The notes below the pieces were generated by a model. The model had not been told where the DNA came from, made no database searches, and saw only the letters and a list, made by a program, of their open reading frames with translations. The position numbers and the translations under genes are program-made. DNA of 64,000 nt from an uncultured Dehalococcoidia bacterium (GTDB lineage: Bacteria > Chloroflexota > Dehalococcoidia > Lucifugimonadales > UBA1127): assembly GCA_964625945.1 (NCBI GenBank), contig CAZVDP010000013.1, positions 17,009 to 81,008 of the forward strand, written 5' to 3'. This document shows positions 9,517 through 18,616 of the stretch, piece by piece. Position 1 is the stretch's first letter. Each line of letters starts with the position of its first letter.

Positions 9517-10161
9517 TCAGTTTGCTCCCGAAGGTGGTTGGATTTCCGGCACAAATGCCGCTAATGCGGAGTAGGAGATGATCCCGGAGCGCAAAATTCT
9601 GGGCGGGCTCTGCGTTATGTCAAGTATTGTGGATGCCTGGCCCGAAGGTTTTGGCCCTGAGTTAATTAAGAAATCTACCCTGTGCTCTAGCTGTTCTCGC
9701 GCTTCTGAAATCGTCGATGGGACGGGGTGTCCACTTCGGTTAGCGCTAGTTCCAGTGATTGGAGCCCCGAGCGCTCGAGTAAGAGCCAAAGGAACCGGGT
9801 GGTTCGGTATGCGCGCGGCTACCGTCCACCCACGCGCGGTAATAACTGAAGGTATCTCTGGACGACTTGGGAGTATCAGTGTTAAGGGTCCAGGCCAAAA
9901 TTTGTCAGCAAGCGTCCATGCGATTGAAGGAATGTTTTGGGCTATGATGGAGAGTGAGTCGATACTGGGTACCAAGACTGGAAGTGGCATTCCCTTCGGG
10001 CGGCCTTTTGCCTCAAATACCCGTTCTACTGCTGCAGTGTTAAATACGTCCGCTCCTAGTCCATATACTGTATCTGTAGGATAGACGACGATACCTCCGT
10101 TTACCATCACTCGGACCCCCTCGGAGACATCTATGCTCAATTGTGGGTCGTCGTCATACAT
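9517..10161 (-). CDS. tsaC: L-threonylcarbamoyladenylate synthase (YrdC/TsaC domain only)
   Basis: 214-aa ORF; VVYPTDTVYGLGADV...AKGRP...PGPLTLIL...TSANRSG motifs. Confidence 0.85.
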   Translation of the reverse strand: MYDDDPQLSIDVSEGVRVMVNGGIVVYPTDTVYGLGADVFNTAAVERVFEAKGRPKGMPLPVLVPSIDSLSIIAQNIPSIAWTLADKFWPGPLTLILPSRPEIPSVITARGWTVAARIPNHPVPLALTRALGAPITGTSANRSGHPVPSTISEAREQLEHRVDFLINSGPKPSGQASTILDITQSPPRILRSGIISYSALAAFVPEIQPPSGAN

Positions 10162-10220
10162 ACGATATGTTCCTAGGTCAGTTCAATAAAGAAAATGCTC
10201 TTGCGAGAGGGATTTTCGTA

Positions 10221-10249
10221 TTGACCCAGTATATCACGGATGATAATGT
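10221..10249 (+). promoter_or_regulatory. candidate sigma70-type promoter for guaA (TTGACC-17 nt-TAATGT)
   Basis: TTGACC at 10221-10226, 17-nt spacer, TAATGT at 10244-10249, in the divergent tsaC/guaA intergenic region. Confidence 0.35.
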
Positions 10250-10264
10250 CGAACTGATAACCGT

Positions 10265-11959
10265 ATGATTTTATTCCCAGGAAGAGCCATGTCAAAAATC
10301 GGAGAAAATAGTAAGAGTCGTCGGGTGGCCACCAGCGATGACCTCGAAGTATCCGCCTATCTAGAACTGGCTGAGCAGAAACTTGGTCAAACTGTCAGGT
10401 CCGACCAAACTGACGTTCTCCGTCAAGAAGCTATCGTTGTCTTGGATTACGGTTCTCAATACAGTCGTTTAATAGCTCGCCGGATCAGAGAGGCGAACGT
10501 GTACTGTGAAATCCATCCACATGATGTGACTGTAGATCGGCTGTCTCATCTTGATATCAAGGGCTTCATACTTTCTGGAGGGCCCGGAAGCGTATATGAC
10601 GCCGATGCAGCGGATTTAGAGTCCCACATCCTTGACAAGAAAGTTCCTATTTTGGGAATTTGTTATGGTATGCAACTGTTGGCCCATTCCTTAGGAGGGA
10701 AAGTCGCCCCGACTCCGGTCAGGGAATACGGGCATGCGGTTCTACATCAGGATGCCCCGGGGCATCCTCTTTTCCAAGACCTCCCGAATTCTCTGCCAGT
10801 CTGGATGAGCCATGGTGACCAGGTTTTAGAATTGCCTCAGGGATTTCAGCCTATGGCCTACACTGGAAACTCCCCCATCGCCGTTATGGGGAACAATACT
10901 GGGATAATAGGGCTCCAGTTCCATCCTGAGGTTGTCCATACTCCGGCTGGCAAACAAATTATCAGCAATTTTCTTCACCATATCTGTGGGTGCAAGGGAA
11001 ACTGGACGCCTACAAACTTCGTCTCTGATACTGTGGGAAACATTCAATCCCAAGTTGCCGATGGGCGGGTAATATGTGCCTTATCTGGTGGTGTAGACTC
11101 AGCGGTTACCGCCGCGTTGATTCATAGAGCGGTGGGCAGTCAGCTGACGTGCATCTTTGTAGATAATGGGTTGTTGCGACGGGAAGAGGCGGATCGAGTG
11201 GTCGCGACTTTCCGCAAAGGCATGGGGTTGAACCTTATACATGCTGATGCCTCCAGCAGATTCCTTAGAGCTTTGACCGGAGTGGTTGATCCAGAGGAGA
11301 AGCGGCGAATCATCGGGGAGACTTTTATCCGGGTATTCGAGGATGAGGCTGATCAATTGGGATCTGTGGACTTTTTGGCACAGGGGACCCTTTATCCTGA
11401 TGTGATCGAAAGCAGTCCTAGAGAGACCAACGCTGCGGCAAAGATTAAGAGTCATCACAATGTGGGTGGCCTGCCAGAAAAGATGCGCCTCGTGCTGGTG
11501 GAGCCATTGCGGTACCTTTTCAAGGATGAAGTCAGGAAGGTGGGTCTTGAATTGGGGCTTCCTCGCGAGATGATTGATCGTCAGCCATTTCCAGGCCCTG
11601 GTTTAGCCATTCGAGTGTTGGGCGAAGTTACTGATGAGAAGCTTGAAATCCTGCGTGAGTGCGACTGGATTGTTATGGATGAGATTAAATCAGCTAATTT
11701 ATACAACGAACTTTGGCAGAGTTTCGCGGTTTTGACGGATGCAAGGAGCGTAGGAGTAATGGGAGACAGCAGGACATATGGTTACGCCGCTGCTGTTCGA
11801 GCGATTACATCGGAAGACGCGATGACTGCTGATTGGGCGCGTCTGCCTTATGAGGTGCTGGCGAAAATTTCTTCTAGGATTGTGAATGAAGTATCGCAGG
11901 TTAATCGAGTGGTCTACGACATCACGTCTAAACCCCCCGGAACGATCGAATGGGAATAA
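10265..11959 (+). CDS. guaA: GMP synthase (glutamine-hydrolysing)
   Basis: 564-aa ORF; GATase domain ([26 protein letters not shown]) plus ATP-PPase (SGGVDSAV) and the C-terminal dimerisation domain ending PPGTIEWE. Carries a ~50-aa N-terminal extension. The start could be ATG 10289. Confidence 0.92.
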   Translation: MILFPGRAMSKIGENSKSRRVATSDDLEVSAYLELAEQKLGQTVRSDQTDVLRQEAIVVLDYGSQYSRLIARRIREANVYCEIHPHDVTVDRLSHLDIKGFILSGGPGSVYDADAADLESHILDKKVPILGICYGMQLLAHSLGGKVAPTPVREYGHAVLHQDAPGHPLFQDLPNSLPVWMSHGDQVLELPQGFQPMAYTGNSPIAVMGNNTGIIGLQFHPEVVHTPAGKQIISNFLHHICGCKGNWTPTNFVSDTVGNIQSQVADGRVICALSGGVDSAVTAALIHRAVGSQLTCIFVDNGLLRREEADRVVATFRKGMGLNLIHADASSRFLRALTGVVDPEEKRRIIGETFIRVFEDEADQLGSVDFLAQGTLYPDVIESSPRETNAAAKIKSHHNVGGLPEKMRLVLVEPLRYLFKDEVRKVGLELGLPREMIDRQPFPGPGLAIRVLGEVTDEKLEILRECDWIVMDEIKSANLYNELWQSFAVLTDARSVGVMGDSRTYGYAAAVRAITSEDAMTADWARLPYEVLAKISSRIVNEVSQVNRVVYDITSKPPGTIEWE

Positions 11960-12079
11960 ATTGTTTAAAATCAATTACTAACACAGAAAAAACCATTGAG
12001 TGGGAATAGACCACTACACACCTAGGTTGGCTTGGTTTGGAATCATGGATCAGCGAATAAGTCGAGGGAATAACCCATA

Positions 12080-13348
12080 GTGCGTATACTGATTGTTGGT
12101 TCGGGTGGGCGCGAGCACGCGATCGCGTGGAGCTTGAAACAGACTTCTGATAAGGTTGACCTCTTTGTGGTCCCTGGGAATGCCGGCACTGCGGGCATAG
12201 CTACTAACATTCCCATCGATGTTGCAAATATCTCTGGGATCGTAGGTGCTGTACGCGATTATTCCGTCGATCTGACGGTTGTGGGCCCTGAGATTCCCCT
12301 TTCGCTGGGTCTTGTTGACGCCTTGCAAGCTGATGGGTTCCGAGTAGTTGGGCCGAGTCGTGCTGCAGCACGACTCGAAAGTTCGAAAGTCTTCGCAAAA
12401 TTGCTTATGGAGAACAATAAGATTCCCACCGCAAATGCGAAAATTTTCGATGATCCATCTGCGGCTCGGAACTTTTGCATGGAGGCGGGATTGCCTCTCG
12501 TGGTGAAGGCTGACGGGCTTGCTGCAGGCAAGGGGGTTGCCGTCTGTGAAACGCGAGCCGAAGTCGAATCCGCGATCAAGGCTTGCATGGAAACTCGTCT
12601 ATACGGAGATGCAGGAGCACGAATCTTAATCGAAGAGTGTTTGTATGGACAGGAAATCAGTGTTTTCGCATTTGTTGATGGGGAAAACTTGTCCGAGCTC
12701 GTGCCCGCGTGCGACTACAAGCGGCTTAATGATGATGATATGGGTCCGAATACAGGTGGGATGGGGAGCTATAGTCCTCCAAGTTTCTGGTCGCCGGAGT
12801 TGGCTATCGAAATTCGAGATCGAATCATGAGGCCAACCATAGAAGGATTGGCCTCTGAAGGGCATCGTTACCAAGGAATCCTGTACGCGGGTCTCATGCT
12901 TACGGACAAAGGGCCTAAAGTGCTTGAATTCAATTGTCGTCTGGGTGATCCTGAAGCGCAGGTTCTTCTTCCAAGGTTGAAGTCCAGCTTTATTGATGTG
13001 TTGATGGCTATCACCGAGGGTCGTTTGGATGAATGCCAATTGGAATGGGAAGAGTTTACGACCGTGGGGGTAGTGATGGTTTCTGAGGGATACCCGGGTC
13101 ATTACAGTACAGGATATCCAATATCCGGATTAGGAGATAACGCCTCAGGAGCTCTCAGTTTTCATTCTGGGACTAGTCTCCTCATGGATCGGACGGGATC
13201 CGAAGCAGTCGCGACTAGTGGAGGGCGTGTACTCACGGTAGTCGGTCAAGGGGAAACACTGGAGAGTGCGAGACGTCATGCGTACGATAAGGTTTCAGAG
13301 GTTAAATTTCGCGGATCGTTCTATCGCACTGATATCGGACAGGTTTGA
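12080..13348 (+). CDS. purD: phosphoribosylamine--glycine ligase
   Basis: 422-aa ORF with GTG start; MRILIVGSGGREHAIAW, ATP-grasp core, GGRVL near the C-terminus. Confidence 0.92.
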   Translation: MRILIVGSGGREHAIAWSLKQTSDKVDLFVVPGNAGTAGIATNIPIDVANISGIVGAVRDYSVDLTVVGPEIPLSLGLVDALQADGFRVVGPSRAAARLESSKVFAKLLMENNKIPTANAKIFDDPSAARNFCMEAGLPLVVKADGLAAGKGVAVCETRAEVESAIKACMETRLYGDAGARILIEECLYGQEISVFAFVDGENLSELVPACDYKRLNDDDMGPNTGGMGSYSPPSFWSPELAIEIRDRIMRPTIEGLASEGHRYQGILYAGLMLTDKGPKVLEFNCRLGDPEAQVLLPRLKSSFIDVLMAITEGRLDECQLEWEEFTTVGVVMVSEGYPGHYSTGYPISGLGDNASGALSFHSGTSLLMDRTGSEAVATSGGRVLTVVGQGETLESARRHAYDKVSEVKFRGSFYRTDIGQV

Positions 13349-13381
13349 GATCGGTGAATTTTTGAAAGGAAATGGAGATAC

Positions 13382-13867
13382 ATGATGAGTAAAAAATCAA
13401 GCGACAATGATGTGCTGGTTGGGATTGTGATGGGCAGCCGCTCCGATGAGTCGTATCTTGAGCCAACTACGAAGATTTTGACTGATTTAGGCATACCGTA
13501 TGAGATTTCCGCCTTTTCGGCGCACCGTACGCCACACAAAGTTGAAGAGTATGGGCGCCACGCACAAAGTCGTGGACTGAAGGTGATTATAGCTGCCGCC
13601 GGAGGGGCTGCGGCGCTTCCTGGATCATTGGCTGCCTGGACAGAATTACCCGTAATTGGAATTCCTTTGCCTAGTAGTGAGTTAAAAGGGGTAGATGCGC
13701 TGTATGCGATTGCTCAGATGCCTCCGGGCGTACCAGTAGCATGTGTCGCGGTTGGGTCTTGGGGCGCGCGGAACGCGGCATACCTGGCGGCTTCAATAAT
13801 CGCTCTCAGTCACGATGGAATTGCAACCTCATATCGTGCATTCCGTGACAATCAGAGACAGGGATAG
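13382..13867 (+). CDS. purE: 5-(carboxyamino)imidazole ribonucleotide mutase
   Basis: 161-aa ORF; VGIVMGSRSD...SAHRTP...AAGGAAALPG motifs. Confidence 0.9.
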   Translation: MMSKKSSDNDVLVGIVMGSRSDESYLEPTTKILTDLGIPYEISAFSAHRTPHKVEEYGRHAQSRGLKVIIAAAGGAAALPGSLAAWTELPVIGIPLPSSELKGVDALYAIAQMPPGVPVACVAVGSWGARNAAYLAASIIALSHDGIATSYRAFRDNQRQG

Positions 13868-13875
13868 TTGAGTCA

Positions 13876-14601
13876 ATGGCGATATCAGACAAAATGGTGG
13901 TCTTGTTGGATTTTGACGATACGTCCGCAGATCAGAATGTAGCTGAGCTGTTGTTACGTAAATTTGGGAAGCATGGGTGGCTAGGCGTACGAGAAAAGTT
14001 CCGGCGTGGCGATACATCTTTGCGGAACTACCAAGAAGAAGCCTTCCGATTTGTCGAAGCTAGCCATAGAGAGATGGGAGACTTTGTTGGAGCTGAGGCG
14101 TCTGTCCGATCAGGCCTAGTGGAGTTCGTAGGCTATTGTTTTGCGAATGGAATACAAGTGGCTATCGTTTCCAACGGATTGGTGTTCTATATACAGGCGC
14201 TCTTAAATCAGTATCACGTTTTAAAGGATCTTCCTGTTTTCGCCGTTGAAACCTCAAATGAGGGCGCATCCATCGAGTTCGGGTATCCGTATGCGACGGA
14301 TACGTGCTTCGAATGGGGTAATTGTAAATGCAAAGTCCTGAATCTGTACCGTGACCTAGGCTATAAGATCGTTTATTTCGGCGATGGGACCTCTGATCTG
14401 TGTCCATCCCGACTCGCAGATTATGTCTATGCCCGATCATCGCTATTGGAGCATTGTCTCGAGGAACATATCCCCTGTCGACCTTTCACTAGTTTCGTAG
14501 AGCCCTTAAATGACCTCCAAGAGGGATCGTTCAGGGACAATTGGGATAAAGAATTTGGTGAAGCAGGATATCTATTAGGGGGCAACGAAAGTGATCAGTA
14601 G
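13876..14601 (+). CDS. HAD-superfamily (subfamily IB, MtnX/PSPase-like) phosphatase
   Basis: 241-aa ORF; motif I LLDFDDT, motif IV YFGDGTSD. Its TAG stop (14599-14601) overlaps the GTG start of purB (14591) by 11 nt. Confidence 0.7.
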   Translation: MAISDKMVVLLDFDDTSADQNVAELLLRKFGKHGWLGVREKFRRGDTSLRNYQEEAFRFVEASHREMGDFVGAEASVRSGLVEFVGYCFANGIQVAIVSNGLVFYIQALLNQYHVLKDLPVFAVETSNEGASIEFGYPYATDTCFEWGNCKCKVLNLYRDLGYKIVYFGDGTSDLCPSRLADYVYARSSLLEHCLEEHIPCRPFTSFVEPLNDLQEGSFRDNWDKEFGEAGYLLGGNESDQ

Positions 14602-15886
14602 GTACACCAGGCCTAAAATGGGAAAAACTTGGTCAGAGACTAACAAATACGATCTCTGGCTCAAGGTAGAGCTAGCTGCCTGTGAAGCTTGGGCTGAGGA
14701 AGGCGTTATCCCCGAGAAGGACATGCTTCTTCTTAGGCACGCAAAGTATGATTATGTGCGCTTGAATCAGATATTCGAGAGTACTCGCCACGACATGACG
14801 GCGTTTACCCGATCCATTACAGAAAATCTGGGGCAAGAAGGGCGATGGATTCATCTTGGTTTGACATCAAGCGATGTGATGGATACCGCGTTGGGGCTAC
14901 AGATGGTAGAGGCAGCACATCTTCTAGATGAAGGCCTATCTGAATTGATAGAAGTCCTACAAACCCGAGCGCTCGAATTCAAGAAGACACCAATGATGGG
15001 TCGCACACATGGCGTCCATGCCGAACCGATAACATTCGGACTAAAGCTCGCTCTCTGGTGGTCGGAAATGGTGAGGCAGCGTAAGCGCTTGGCTCATGCT
15101 ACAGAGGATATTGCTGTAGGGAAGCTATCAGGGGCAGTCGGTAGTTATGCCACGTTATCGCCCTCTATCGAAGAGAGGACATGTGCGCGTCTGGGGCTAG
15201 CGCCCGCACCGGTATCTAATCAAATCGTCCAAAGGGATCGACACGCATCGTTTCTGACCACCCTTGGATTAATTGCGGCGTCCTTGGAGAAATTCGCAAC
15301 GGAAATTCGACATCTCCAGCGCACGGAAGTTCGGGAGGTGCAAGAGGCGTTTTCACATGGCCAGACCGGTTCTTCTGCTATGCCACATAAGAGAAACCCT
15401 GAGCTTTCGGAGCGGGTCTGTGGCTTGGCTCGACTCATCAGAGCGAATGCAATGGTTAGCTTAGAAAATGTAGCTCTTTGGCATGAGCGGGATATCAGTC
15501 ATTCTTCTGCAGAACGTGTGATAATCCCTGATTCGTGTATCGCTCTAGACTATATTCTGGACCTTTTTACGGGTGTTGTTCGGGAATTGAAAGTGCATCC
15601 GGAACGAATGATGACCAATATTGAGTCTACGAAGGGAATAGTTTTCTCTCAAAGGGTCTTGCTCGCACTTGTCGAGCATGGGATCAGTCGGGAGGACGCT
15701 TATGACATAGTTCAGAGTAATGCGTCCCGTTCATGGGAAGAAACATTGGATTTCCGTGAACTCCTCCGGAAAGATTCTAGGGTTTCAGGTATACTGAGTA
15801 GCGACGAGTTAGACGGGCTATTCGACTATTCGTATTACGCTCGTTTCGCTGACGAAATTTTCGCGCGATTGGAAATAGCAGAATGA
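14591..15886 (+). CDS. purB: adenylosuccinate lyase
   Basis: 431-aa ORF with GTG start; ISRYTRPKM..., fumarate-lyase signature GSSAMPHKRNP. Confidence 0.92.
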   Translation: MISRYTRPKMGKTWSETNKYDLWLKVELAACEAWAEEGVIPEKDMLLLRHAKYDYVRLNQIFESTRHDMTAFTRSITENLGQEGRWIHLGLTSSDVMDTALGLQMVEAAHLLDEGLSELIEVLQTRALEFKKTPMMGRTHGVHAEPITFGLKLALWWSEMVRQRKRLAHATEDIAVGKLSGAVGSYATLSPSIEERTCARLGLAPAPVSNQIVQRDRHASFLTTLGLIAASLEKFATEIRHLQRTEVREVQEAFSHGQTGSSAMPHKRNPELSERVCGLARLIRANAMVSLENVALWHERDISHSSAERVIIPDSCIALDYILDLFTGVVRELKVHPERMMTNIESTKGIVFSQRVLLALVEHGISREDAYDIVQSNASRSWEETLDFRELLRKDSRVSGILSSDELDGLFDYSYYARFADEIFARLEIAE

Positions 15887-16794
15887 AAAAACAGACTATT
15901 GTCAAGGAAACCAATTTCCCTGGACTACTACACCGGGGGAAAGTCAGAGACACATACGATCTTGGAAACCGGCTCCTTCTAATGGTAGCTACGGACCGAA
16001 TTTCTGCGTTCGATGTCGTCCTCCCTACACCCGTTCCTGACAAAGGTGTGATCCTTGCGAATCTCTCAAAGTTTTGGTTCAGTGCGACGGAACACCTGTT
16101 GCCTAACCACTTAGTCGCTATGGCGGATTCTCAAGAAGGTAAGGAGATTATTGCAACGTCTGGCAACTTAACCCTTCCAGACGAGGTGATTTCTCGATCT
16201 ATGATTGTTCAGCTTGCGGATAGAGTGGATGTGGAATGTGTGGCGCGTGGATATATCACGGGTTCAGCTTGGGCTGAGTACAAGAGAACAGGTACAGTCA
16301 ACGGACAAGAGATGCCAGCAGGCTTGGTCGAAGGTGACCGGTTCCCTGAGCCATTGTTCACTCCCACAACTAAAGCTGATGAAGGCCACGACGAACCGAT
16401 CTCTATTCAGGAGCTTTGCGGACAGGTAGGAGAAGAGTTCGCAAATACATTGCACAAGACCACGTTGAATATCTACCAGTGGGCTCATGATTTTGCTCTT
16501 TCTCGGGGCATTATCATTGCAGATACCAAGATAGAGTTTGGGTTAAGAGACGAGAAGCTGATCATCATCGATGAACTGCTGACTCCAGATTCTAGTCGGT
16601 TTTGGGATAAGGCTTCCTATCAACCAGGACAGTCGCCGCCCAACTTCGACAAACAATTTGTGAGAGATTGGTTAACGGAGGCCGGTTGGGACCGTGAGCC
16701 ACCTGCTCCTGAACTGTCTGATGAGGTTATACAATACACGAGGGCAAGATATCTTGATGCGTACAGCTACCTTACGGGGAAGACATTGTTTTGA
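15883..16794 (+). CDS. purC: phosphoribosylaminoimidazole-succinocarboxamide synthase
   Basis: 303-aa ORF; ATGA overlap with purB; GKVRDTYD...ATDRISAFD...ADTKIEFG motifs. Confidence 0.92.
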   Translation: MKKQTIVKETNFPGLLHRGKVRDTYDLGNRLLLMVATDRISAFDVVLPTPVPDKGVILANLSKFWFSATEHLLPNHLVAMADSQEGKEIIATSGNLTLPDEVISRSMIVQLADRVDVECVARGYITGSAWAEYKRTGTVNGQEMPAGLVEGDRFPEPLFTPTTKADEGHDEPISIQELCGQVGEEFANTLHKTTLNIYQWAHDFALSRGIIIADTKIEFGLRDEKLIIIDELLTPDSSRFWDKASYQPGQSPPNFDKQFVRDWLTEAGWDREPPAPELSDEVIQYTRARYLDAYSYLTGKTLF

Positions 16795-16824
16795 TCCTTG
16801 GGATTAGGAAAGGGAAACGGCGAG

Positions 16825-17475
16825 ATGTCTAAAACTGCGGGATCGAGAGTTCAGAGAGAGGCAGAACGTAGAGCGCGACGAGCTCGTCGCAAACGGTTCC
16901 GAAAACTACGTCGCTATATCCTCGCAGTAGGAGTTAGTGCCTTAGGGTTGCTGATAATCGTAGGCTTGGTGATCCCGTCTTTACCCAGCCCTGAACGGTC
17001 TGTTCGTGACTCAGGCCATGGGCCTGGAACAGTTGTTGATGATTTGGGTCGCGGTCACTTCCCATTAGGCTCACCAGCCCCTGCTGGATATTACAATTCT
17101 GTGCCCCCCACTTCAGGGACACATGCGCCGGGGTGGACGCAGTGTGGTTTGCATACCGAGCAGATTGCAGATGAAATTCAAGTACACAATCTTGAACACG
17201 GTTTCGTGTTAATGCAATACAATCCTAATGACCTCTTGATCCGCGATAACTTGGTGGGAATTGCTGAGCAACTTCCTGGATGGCCCAACTATTACGTGGT
17301 CGCTCCCAATTCTGCTATTGAAAAGCCCATTGCTCTTACGGCTTGGGCGAGAACGCAATTCTTGGACACTGTCGACGAAAACGTAATTAGGGCATTCGCC
17401 GAGGCGTATCGCGGATTGGGACCCGAGCTTGGTGCCCCTGGATGTGAACCTGGCAACGCGATGGAGAGTCGATAG
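16825..17475 (+). CDS. membrane-anchored DUF3105-like protein
   Basis: ORF 16798..17475. I prefer the ATG at 16825, after GGAAAGGGA. Features: Arg-rich N-terminus, one TM helix (ILAVGVSALGLLIIVGLVI), SGTHAPGW...HNLEHGFV motifs as I recall for DUF3105. Confidence 0.65.
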   Translation: MSKTAGSRVQREAERRARRARRKRFRKLRRYILAVGVSALGLLIIVGLVIPSLPSPERSVRDSGHGPGTVVDDLGRGHFPLGSPAPAGYYNSVPPTSGTHAPGWTQCGLHTEQIADEIQVHNLEHGFVLMQYNPNDLLIRDNLVGIAEQLPGWPNYYVVAPNSAIEKPIALTAWARTQFLDTVDENVIRAFAEAYRGLGPELGAPGCEPGNAMESR

Positions 17476-17479
17476 GGCC

Positions 17480-17749
17480 ATGGAATTTCTGGCCACCATC
17501 TATGTGAAATTGAAGCCTACCGTCAATGATCCTCAGGGTCTTACCGTACACGGTGCGTTGAAAAGCTTAGGTTTCTTGGGAATCAAGAGTGTGAGAGTGG
17601 GGAAATACTTAGAGATCGAGATTGAGTCTGAGAGCTATGCCGAAGCCGAAGCACGGGTACAGGAAATGTGTCTTCAATTACTAACCAACCCAGTAATTGA
17701 AGAATCTCGGTTCGACTTGGTGCTATCCAGTTCTAATCAAACTTCTTAA
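17480..17749 (+). CDS. purS: phosphoribosylformylglycinamidine synthase subunit PurS
   Basis: The track ORF starts at 17429, but the PurS-like sequence begins at ATG 17480: MEFLATIYVKLKPTVNDPQGLTVHGALKSLGF...VGKYLEIEIE (~89 aa). Confidence 0.8.
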   Translation: MEFLATIYVKLKPTVNDPQGLTVHGALKSLGFLGIKSVRVGKYLEIEIESESYAEAEARVQEMCLQLLTNPVIEESRFDLVLSSSNQTS

Positions 17750-17807
17750 AGGAATCACTAATCTTACGGTTGATTAACACTGAAATCTTCTGCATGCCAA
17801 AGAGTGC

Positions 17808-17837
17808 TTGACTTGCTATCTTGCCGCTGCCTAGAAT
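17808..17837 (+). promoter_or_regulatory. candidate sigma70-type promoter (TTGACT-18 nt-TAGAAT)
   Basis: TTGACT at 17808-17813 and TAGAAT at 17832-17837, ~50 nt upstream of the first DivIVA-like gene. Confidence 0.4.
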
Positions 17838-17884
17838 AAGCAGTAATTTGAATCTCCAGTCAATCCCGGCTCTTGAGGGAGAGA

Positions 17885-18616
17885 ATGAGCGGAGAAACAC
17901 GGAAGTTCTGGGATCGATTCCTTACAGGAAACTCGGAGACGGGGGACTCTTCACCGAGGGAGGGTGCCCGGTCGCGGTGGGGACGTAAGACACGATCCTT
18001 GTGGGGAGAACAATTTAATCTAGTCGATTCGGGGCTGGATGAAGTTCAGGTCGTTCGTTTCGTGAATGACCTCCTCGAGCGGTACAATCGATTAAAGGAA
18101 TCATCAGAACGTCAAGGGACGTCACAGCAAGTCAGTTCTTATCTTCAGAGAGTAATGGGTGAGATCCAGCAAGTAGAATCGACGATCACCGCTCAGATTC
18201 GCCGCGATTCTGAGTCGGAAGCGGCCAGATTTTTGGAAGAAGCTAGGAATCAGGCACAGGGGATTATCGCACAAGCTCGAGCGGAAGCTACTCAGATTGC
18301 AGGCCAGGAAGCTGAAGCTATACTAGCTGCATCTCGCAAGAAAGCGGAGATAGCGGAAGGCCAAGTACGGTTGCAGGCCCAGCTGATGCTTGAGAAGGCT
18401 AGAAGCCAACTTCAGGGCCATATCCGGCATGAGGGCAGCGAAGCATACCGACGACTACTTAATGCGTTAAAGGATCTTGGAACCGAGGCGCAGCGTCTCG
18501 AAGACGAGTGGCAGCGACGTCCTGCGCGGCTCTGGGAAGAGGATGACTTTAAAGTCATCCTAGATGCCGATGATTTGGATTCTCCGACAGGAACCGGACG
18601 ATCCGGTGCCGTCTAA
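17885..18616 (+). CDS. DivIVA-like / ATP-synthase-b-like coiled-coil protein (paralog 1)
   Basis: Track ORF starts at TTG 17873; the ATG at 17885 follows GAGGGAG. FNLVDSGLDEVQVVRFVNDLLERY resembles the DivIVA N-terminal motif (F..RGYD..EVD.FLD). An Ala/Glu/Gln-rich coiled coil follows. Confidence 0.6.
   Translation: MSGETRKFWDRFLTGNSETGDSSPREGARSRWGRKTRSLWGEQFNLVDSGLDEVQVVRFVNDLLERYNRLKESSERQGTSQQVSSYLQRVMGEIQQVESTITAQIRRDSESEAARFLEEARNQAQGIIAQARAEATQIAGQEAEAILAASRKKAEIAEGQVRLQAQLMLEKARSQLQGHIRHEGSEAYRRLLNALKDLGTEAQRLEDEWQRRPARLWEEDDFKVILDADDLDSPTGTGRSGAV

Noticed and set aside
11960-12079. Possible ZTP/pfl or purine riboswitch upstream of purD. I made the same check for 10162-10288 upstream of guaA.
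   Set aside because: No CCGCCUGGG/GGGUCGUGAC-type ZTP elements were seen, and no purine-riboswitch three-way-junction signature.
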